Below, in pieces: positions 57,924-64,000 of a DNA stretch of 64,000 nt. The notes under the pieces were generated by a model. It was given only the letters and a program-made list of their open reading frames with translations, ran no database searches and had not been told where the DNA came from. This stretch comes from a bacterium (GTDB lineage: Bacteria > Patescibacteriota > Minisyncoccia > Phycocordibacterales > Zambryskibacteraceae). The position numbers and the translations under genes were made by a program. Positions within the stretch are counted from its first letter, which is position 1, and each line of letters begins with the position of its first letter. The stretch covers positions 152,896 to 216,895 of the forward strand of contig JAUSGI010000008.1 in assembly GCA_030649135.1 (NCBI GenBank), in the 5' to 3' direction.

Positions 57924-57978
57924 GGAAAATGCCGATAAATTATACTTGTTAATACTTTCATCTTAACATATAATGGAG

Positions 57979-58308
57979 TTGGTGTCGGATAGTTGCCCCA
58001 ATGTAAATTGGGGAGGAAAGTCCGAACATTCATTGTGAGATGTCGCACATGTGCAATCTCGCAAAAGGGTAGCAGGTAACGCCTGTCGTCCCGCCTTGGC
58101 GGGATAGAGGTGCGAACAGAAACGACCCGGTTCAGTCCGGCTGCAACGGCAAAATCCTTACCTGAATGCAAGGCCGTGCCCCGAGAGCAATCAAGGGGAG
58201 TGCCGCTAGAGGCCAATAGCGATATTGGTCCCAGATAAATAACTGTCGATTAGTTGCCTACGCGCAAGCTACGGCGTACTGATACAGAATTCGGCTTATA
58301 GACACCCA
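57979..58308 (+). ncRNA. rnpB: RNase P RNA (bacterial type A)
   Basis: Conserved GGAGGAAAGTCCGAACA (P4 5' strand), AGCAGGTAACGCCTG, ACAGAATTCGGCTTATAG (P4 3' strand). P1 pairing is TTGGTGTC/GACACCCAA. Confidence 0.7.
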
Positions 58309-58340
58309 AAGCGCCTCGACATTACGTCGAGGCGCTTTGT

Positions 58341-58362
58341 GACGAGGAAAGACCTCGTGGCG
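58341..58362. repeat. REP-like hairpin gacgaggaaagacctcgtggcg (copy 3a)
   Basis: 19-nt core CCACGAGGTCTTTCCTCGT (reverse complement) identical to copy 3b. Preceded by a separate 13-bp hairpin (58308-58338) at the rnpB 3' end. Confidence 0.75.
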
Positions 58363-58381
58363 TGGTACTATAAACAACATA

Positions 58382-59044
58382 ATGGGAGCAAGGCAAGGAA
58401 GTTTCGCTGCGGGAGAATACTACCACTTATACAATCGCGGTAATAGTAAACAGAAAATTTTTCACAGCAAACACGATTATGAGCGTTTTTTAAAGTTGCT
58501 ATATATTGCAAACTCTTCAGAAAAATTCCACTTCTCCGACATTCAAAATCCATACGAGATAGAAAGGTCTGCCCGACTGGTATCAATAGGAGCGTATTGC
58601 TTGATGCCAAATCATTTTCATCTACTGATGACGCCTGTGAACGACAAAGAAGCTGGGGTAAGTAAATTTATGAAAAAATTAGGCACTGCTTATGCTATGT
58701 ATTTCAATACAAGGTACGAGAGAGTGGGAAGCCTTTTCGAGGGAAAATTTAGATCAGAACATCTTGACTCAGACCGTTATCTCAAATATATATTTTCTTA
58801 TGTACATCTTAATCCTATAAAGATTATGGATAACAAATGGAGGGAACTTGGTATTAAGGACAAAAACAAAGCCTGGCGATTCCTCAATGGATACAAATAC
58901 TCAAGTTTTTATGATTACCAGGATAAACACAGGGAGGAAGAGAAAATTTTGAACAAAGAAAATTTTCCTGGCTACTTTCCCTCTGCACATAAGTTTAAGG
59001 AAGAAATATTTGATTGGCTAAACTTCAGCAACCGAAAGCAATAA
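58382..59044 (+). CDS. REP-associated tyrosine transposase (RAYT)/IS200-like, paralog 3
   Basis: YYHLYNRGNSKQKIF, HUH CLMPNHFHLLMT, Tyr motif SYVHLNPIK. AT-rich. Confidence 0.75.
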   Translation: MGARQGSFAAGEYYHLYNRGNSKQKIFHSKHDYERFLKLLYIANSSEKFHFSDIQNPYEIERSARLVSIGAYCLMPNHFHLLMTPVNDKEAGVSKFMKKLGTAYAMYFNTRYERVGSLFEGKFRSEHLDSDRYLKYIFSYVHLNPIKIMDNKWRELGIKDKNKAWRFLNGYKYSSFYDYQDKHREEEKILNKENFPGYFPSAHKFKEEIFDWLNFSNRKQ

Positions 59045-59067
59045 CCACGAGGTCTTTCCTCGTGGTT
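59043..59067. repeat. REP-like hairpin aaccacgaggtctttcctcgtggtt (copy 3b)
   Basis: 10-bp stem with a 5-nt loop. Inverted relative to copy 3a. Confidence 0.75.
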
Positions 59068-59074
59068 AGCGTGA

Positions 59075-62000
59075 TTAGGGGGCAGGTTCTAGAATCAGTT
59101 CGGGTTCGGGAGTAGGTTCAGGAGCGGGCTCAAGAACGGACTCAGGAGCTGGTTCGACTTCGGTCATCGTAGTCTCTGTACTTGTCCCTGTAGGCTCAGT
59201 GGACGTTGCTACGGACTCCAGTTCTGGTGCTGATATCGGTTCAAGCGTAGGAGAAGATGTTGAAGTCGTGCCACCTGAACTTGCCTGCCCAGAGCTTGTC
59301 GAGGGGGATGAGCTTGCCGGGACAGGCGAGTTGGCAAGTTCAAGCAGGATAGAAAGCTCGGTCTTCGTGACACAGACGTCTTCGATACAAAGCTCTTTGG
59401 TATAAACAGTCTCCGAGCTGATAGTCTTTGCGAACACAACCTGGAGACCATTACCGGAGTCTGCCAACCACTTGCCTACTCTGGATAAAATGTTGGTGAA
59501 GAAACGTTCGGCAAATGATTGTAAGTCCGGTGTGGTGGTGGCAATGGCAGATACATCGAGTACCGATAATATTTTAGTGTTACTGTCATTGAGATTACCA
59601 AAGTCCGTATTCAATTTTGTGATAGCCTCGGTATGGTCGTTTATGCCGATAGTTAGCAAGGCATTCAATTTGTCTGCTTCATCCTGCGCGATTTGCTGCA
59701 TTTGAGGGTCCAAATTCAAGTTCTCGGTCGCCTGTGTAATCATCTGCTGTACCTGGTCTTCTATTTTCATATTGGCAATACGTTCCACTACCAAGGTTTC
59801 GACTTCTTCCACGGCCAGTGATTTATTGCGGCGAGAAATTAAAACTTTAATTTTGCCTTTGCCCGTAGCGAGTGGCTCGAGAGCAATGCCCACGGTGGAG
59901 TCGCCACCGTCGGCACGCATCGCTAATCCTGGCGTAGAAGACGCCGAGGTCAAAGAGTCGCCAATGTTAATCGAGCCATTTTCTGCCGAGACAAAAGCGT
60001 CAACCTGACCAAGCATGCCGATAATGGCATAATGAGACGCATCCGCTTCGACCGCTTTGATATAGTTACCGATAACTGATGGCTTGGTGGAAACTATACC
60101 CATAACATTATTATCTGCGCCACGCTCACAGCGCTTAATCGCGTTGTTTTCTACGACATCAACGCAGACAACTTCTCCAGATTTTAGGTCAACGCTATTG
60201 GTGTAAAAATATTCGGCATAGTCAGCTGCGGGCGAAGTATATGCCCCATCGGCTTTGGTATTGCCGTATGAGTCGACTTTGAAAATAAGACCGGAAGTGG
60301 TGGTAGAGATGACGAAAACATCTCTTAGAACTACTGTGTTATCTACCAAGGATAATTTCGCATAAGGGCTCGTCGTCCCAATACCGACATTGCCGGTGGT
60401 GCTGGCAATGCGCATGGCTTCAGATTCATTATCACGATAGAAGACAACGGCGCCACCGATAGTGAATGTCCCAATGCCTAAAGTTTCATTAGACTGATCC
60501 CATCTAACTCGGGCACCCAGTCCATCACTTACGTTACCAAAATTAATATCCTGCGTCGTGCCGTCAGGTGTTTGGAAAGTCAACCCGGTACTGACATCGT
60601 CCTCAATCATTACTAAAGCGGGGTCTCCGCCGTTGACAGTACCGGTACCGCCAAATATATGGAGCAACGAGTTTGTTTCCGGCGTTGTCGTCCCAATGCC
60701 GACTCTTCCAGAAGAGTCGATACGCATTCTTTCCGTACTACCACCTGTATGTAAGGTGATAACTCCTGAAGAATGGCGAGCAGCGATAGCAATTCCGCCA
60801 GCTCCACCATCTCCACTAGTAGTGTGTAAACTGGCTCCGTTCGCTCGGTTATAGGTAGTGGCGCCAGAGTCATAGGTTGAACCGTACACCATCATAGCAA
60901 GACCGGTAGATCCAGTATCGTTGATTAAGTTCCAGCCGGTTTGAGCGCTACTTAACGTTGATTCAATTGTGGGCTGAATTTGTGCGGTTGAAAATATATG
61001 CAGAAGTTGACTTGGGGTCGTCGTCCCAATCCCCACATTACCCCCCATAAAAAGCCCCGCAATAGGATTCGTGGCAGTTGACGAAGCGACATACGACACA
61101 ATCCCCCCGCCCGAATAAATCCCCCCCAGTCCCGCACTGATTCCTCCGTACACACTCAAGTTTCCTCCCAGCACGCCATTTCCATCCACATGCAAAACGT
61201 TACTTCGTAGCGCTCCCGCATAGAGCGACGGAGTCTCCGTCCCGTTGATGTTTATTATAGTGAACATATCATCCACCCGACTGGTGATGTAGGCGCGATT
61301 ACCTGAAATGGCAATGCCGTTAATGCCGTCAAACCGAGTAGAATCGGTGTCCGAAGTGACAAAGTATGGTCGTGAGGGGTTGGAAATATCAATGACATTA
61401 AAATAGTCCCCCGTTTCGCCTCCGACATACGCGTAATTACCCGCCACCGCAAGGCCAACGGGTACTCCGACATTGTTTATTTGTCCAAGTTTGGTGGTGT
61501 CGGTAAGTGTCCCGGCGATAGTGGGGGCTTTAGGATTGGAAACATCAATAATAGTGAAGGTCGAAGTGGTGGTTGCTACGGTATAGGCGTACCGCCCCGA
61601 GACAACGATATTTTTGGCATTATTTAGATTCGTGGTATCTATCAGAGAACCCACAATGACCGGTGCGTCAGTCCGAGAGATGTCAATGACGGCAAGCGCG
61701 TTTGAGTATGTTCCAATCGCATAGGCATATTTACCCTGCACCGCTATGCCTTGGGCAAAATCGAGGAGCGAGGCACTCGAAACAAAGCCAGATACCACAG
61801 GGGCAGTAGGGTCGGATACGTTAACAATAGTAACCATATCGTCACTTCGGTTTGCAACGTATACATATTGTCCCGAAACCGCAACCTGCATGGGTGTGTC
61901 TAACCGAGTAGCGGAAGACACCACTCCCACTATCTTTGGAACCGTTGGGTTAGAAATATCAATAACCGTCAGACTATCTGCAGTTACCGAACTGACATAC

Positions 62001-63622
62001 GCATAATTGCCCGCCACGGCAAGACCGTTCGCACCATCCATATTCACCGCGTCTGCTACCGACCCCACAATCTGCGGAGTGGAAGAGGAGATATCTATGA
62101 CCGCAAGCGAGTCATTGGTTATGTCCGTAACGTAGGCATAGTTTCCTTGTACGGCAATACCAAAGCGCATATCACCAAGAGTAGTAGCGTTGGTGACGAA
62201 GCCCACCACGCTAGGCGAGGTCGAGGCGCGGTGGAAGATGTTTCCGCCCTCTACGGTAAGTTTAGCGATAGGCGACGTGGTGCCGATGCCAATGTTGCCA
62301 CCGTCAGCCACCACGAATGGATTTAAGGCTCTGTCCCCATTCACATAGAGAGTCGCATAGTTGTTATCGTTATCATAAGTAAGTGCCAGTCCTTTATTGC
62401 TTGAAGCTGCGCTACCAACAATTATAGAAGTATCACCGGATATTCTTCCTTCTCCAAATATCGCCTGGGTTGCGCTATTCGCCGCGACAGAGAGTAGTGC
62501 GGCAGGCGAAGTCGTCCCAATCCCGACGTTGCCGGTTTGGTCAATGATAAATGGCGAGCTATCAGGTGAGGCGATGTCTTCCACGATAAATGCAGGCGCC
62601 CCCCCTGTTCCCGTTTGAGTAATGGATAGCTTACCCCACGGAGTGGTGGTGCCGATGCCGACAGTGCCGGTACTATCAAATCTCATACGTTCTGCATTGT
62701 TTACAAAAATTGCCATATCACTTGCGTTTTCGCTTGCAACTGTTGGGCCGTACGTCAAAATTCCATGGAGCAAGTCATCAGAAGGGAAACCGAAGTATAG
62801 ATTGGCTCGTGCATTGTCCGACGCAGCAATAGTGATGCCTGAGTTGTTTGCTCCCTCAAACAACGCTTCAGACGCATCGACATTCACGGTGGACATGATT
62901 GCGGAACTTGAGACATGAAGGTTGGCAAGGGGGCTCGTCGTCCCGATGCCGACAAAGCCATCTTCATCGATTCGTACTCTTTCAGACAATGTAGCATTGT
63001 TCATTGTGCTAAAGGTCAACCTCCCGTAGGCGCGATTAGTTTTATCAGAAGACCCAGTGATTCTTGCAAGGTCTCTATCAATGTTTGATTCATTGAAGTT
63101 TACATAAGCGATATCTTGATTCGCCGCACTTAGCGGTTTGCTAAGCTGGAGGTTCCCGCCGCTAGCAATCTCAAGCTTTTCTCCTGGCGTCGTCGTCCCG
63201 ATGCCAACATTTCTGCTTGAATCAACAATCAGACCTGTACCTCCTACTGTCAGAAGTGAGGAGTAGAGATTGGTAGAACTGGCAGTAGTGGAGAAAAGAT
63301 TGGTGGTGGTGGCGTTGGTCGAAGTGGAGTAAGTGGCGAAAGTAGAAGAGGCAATTAAACCTAGAGGTGAGCCTTTGAGCCAGAGACCGGTTGATGTCGC
63401 AACTACGTTTTGAGTACCGTAAGTAGTGGGAGTCCAGGCGAAGGTGTTGTCGTCCGCTTCGCAACCGAAGACTCCACCGGCCCAGGTGAGGACGTTGTTC
63501 GATTGGCAAGTGGCAAGACCTGCGCCATTAAAGAGAGCGGTGTAGAGATTGGTGGAAGAAGCAGTAGTACTGAAAAGATTGGTGGAGGTGGCATTCTGGA
63601 AAGTAGAAGAGGATGTTACCAA
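59075..63622 (-). CDS. Giant secreted/surface protein (1515 aa) with tail-fibre-like GIGTT(S/T)P repeats, LVIVD-type beta-propeller repeats and a Pro/Glu/Thr-rich C-terminal tail
   Basis: More than 10 copies of N(V/I)GIGTTxP...KL. (N)YAYV..D..TVIDIS repeats in the middle. Low-complexity C-terminus PAPEPTPEPE. The N-terminal region is repeated upstream. Confidence 0.6.
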   Translation of the reverse strand: MVTSSSTFQNATSTNLFSTTASSTNLYTALFNGAGLATCQSNNVLTWAGGVFGCEADDNTFAWTPTTYGTQNVVATSTGLWLKGSPLGLIASSTFATYSTSTNATTTNLFSTTASSTNLYSSLLTVGGTGLIVDSSRNVGIGTTTPGEKLEIASGGNLQLSKPLSAANQDIAYVNFNESNIDRDLARITGSSDKTNRAYGRLTFSTMNNATLSERVRIDEDGFVGIGTTSPLANLHVSSSAIMSTVNVDASEALFEGANNSGITIAASDNARANLYFGFPSDDLLHGILTYGPTVASENASDMAIFVNNAERMRFDSTGTVGIGTTTPWGKLSITQTGTGGAPAFIVEDIASPDSSPFIIDQTGNVGIGTTSPAALLSVAANSATQAIFGEGRISGDTSIIVGSAASSNKGLALTYDNDNNYATLYVNGDRALNPFVVADGGNIGIGTTSPIAKLTVEGGNIFHRASTSPSVVGFVTNATTLGDMRFGIAVQGNYAYVTDITNDSLAVIDISSSTPQIVGSVADAVNMDGANGLAVAGNYAYVSSVTADSLTVIDISNPTVPKIVGVVSSATRLDTPMQVAVSGQYVYVANRSDDMVTIVNVSDPTAPVVSGFVSSASLLDFAQGIAVQGKYAYAIGTYSNALAVIDISRTDAPVIVGSLIDTTNLNNAKNIVVSGRYAYTVATTTSTFTIIDVSNPKAPTIAGTLTDTTKLGQINNVGVPVGLAVAGNYAYVGGETGDYFNVIDISNPSRPYFVTSDTDSTRFDGINGIAISGNRAYITSRVDDMFTIININGTETPSLYAGALRSNVLHVDGNGVLGGNLSVYGGISAGLGGIYSGGGIVSYVASSTATNPIAGLFMGGNVGIGTTTPSQLLHIFSTAQIQPTIESTLSSAQTGWNLINDTGSTGLAMMVYGSTYDSGATTYNRANGASLHTTSGDGGAGGIAIAARHSSGVITLHTGGSTERMRIDSSGRVGIGTTTPETNSLLHIFGGTGTVNGGDPALVMIEDDVSTGLTFQTPDGTTQDINFGNVSDGLGARVRWDQSNETLGIGTFTIGGAVVFYRDNESEAMRIASTTGNVGIGTTSPYAKLSLVDNTVVLRDVFVISTTTSGLIFKVDSYGNTKADGAYTSPAADYAEYFYTNSVDLKSGEVVCVDVVENNAIKRCERGADNNVMGIVSTKPSVIGNYIKAVEADASHYAIIGMLGQVDAFVSAENGSINIGDSLTSASSTPGLAMRADGGDSTVGIALEPLATGKGKIKVLISRRNKSLAVEEVETLVVERIANMKIEDQVQQMITQATENLNLDPQMQQIAQDEADKLNALLTIGINDHTEAITKLNTDFGNLNDSNTKILSVLDVSAIATTTPDLQSFAERFFTNILSRVGKWLADSGNGLQVVFAKTISSETVYTKELCIEDVCVTKTELSILLELANSPVPASSSPSTSSGQASSGGTTSTSSPTLEPISAPELESVATSTEPTGTSTETTMTEVEPAPESVLEPAPEPTPEPELILEPAP

Positions 63623-64000
63623 AAGATTTTTAATGGTGGCCAGACCAAGAGCATCGATGGAGAAGAGTGTGGTAGTGGAGAAGGCTGCGGTGGAAGAAGA
63701 GATGATGAAGAGATTGGAGTTGTATGTGTCGGTGGCACCGGCATGGAGATTAAAGCGAGCGTAAGGAGAAGAAGTACCGATACCGAAACTATTAGCTGCA
63801 GACAGGTTGGTAGTGGAAGCAGTGATGGCGTTGAAGAGGGTGGCAAAGAAATTGGTCGAAGTAGCGTTGGTCGAGGTGGAGTAAGTGGCGAAAGTGGAAG
63901 AGGCAATTAAGCCTAGAGGTGAGCCTTTGAGCCAGAGACCGGTTGATGTCGCAACTACGTTTTGAGTACCGTAAGTAGTGGGAGTCCAGGCGAAGGTGTT
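63311..64000. repeat. Tandem direct duplication (~138 bp near-identical copies, 552-bp period) in the 5' region of the giant gene, running off the window
   Basis: 63311-63448 and 63863-64000 differ at only a few positions. The 552-bp offset is a multiple of 3 (184 aa). Confidence 0.7.

Noticed and set aside
63410-63910. 166-aa + strand ORF and 63616-63906 minus-strand ORF in the repeat region
   Set aside because: Out-of-frame or antisense products of the repetitive surface-protein coding sequence. Gly/Ser-rich low complexity.
63311-64000. Direct repeats checked as a possible CRISPR array
   Set aside because: Only two long (~138 bp) coding copies with a 552-bp period inside an ORF. There are no short regular repeat-spacer units and no cas genes.

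Overview
The window is a gene-dense stretch of a small bacterial chromosome at about 45-50% GC. It is mostly housekeeping genes: a partial rnr, rnc-smc, nusB, rpmF, rnhB, dnaE, thrS, lysS, greA, mreBCD-mrdA, proS, rseP, frr, gyrA, rpsA, pth, lepB, rpsU-ybeY-ftsA-ftsZ, trxB, tsaD, valS, lepA, murJ, an RNase P RNA and five tRNAs. The short, domain-minimal aminoacyl-tRNA synthetases (ThrRS without editing domain, ProRS without INS, short ValRS), a NusB-Nudix fusion and a six-gene array of pilin-like proteins are consistent with a Patescibacteria/CPR-like organism; this is inference only. The most unusual content is a family of palindromic elements. Three AT-rich IS200-like/REP-associated tyrosine transposase (RAYT) genes are each bracketed by cognate REP-like hairpins. 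Two perfect 44- and 46-bp palindromes built from the same hairpin module (GC-rich 8-bp stem plus AAAGA loop) sit in frame inside the essential genes dnaE and lepA, in the manner of Rickettsia palindromic elements. Other points of interest are a six-gene tandem array of VirB2/TrbC-type pilin-like paralogs behind a membrane-anchored solute-binding-like protein, GC-rich islands (a LysM protein and others), a disrupted type IV pilin-like gene, and a 1515-aa repeat-rich surface protein with a recent ~552-bp tandem duplication at the window edge. No CRISPR array or rRNA was seen.
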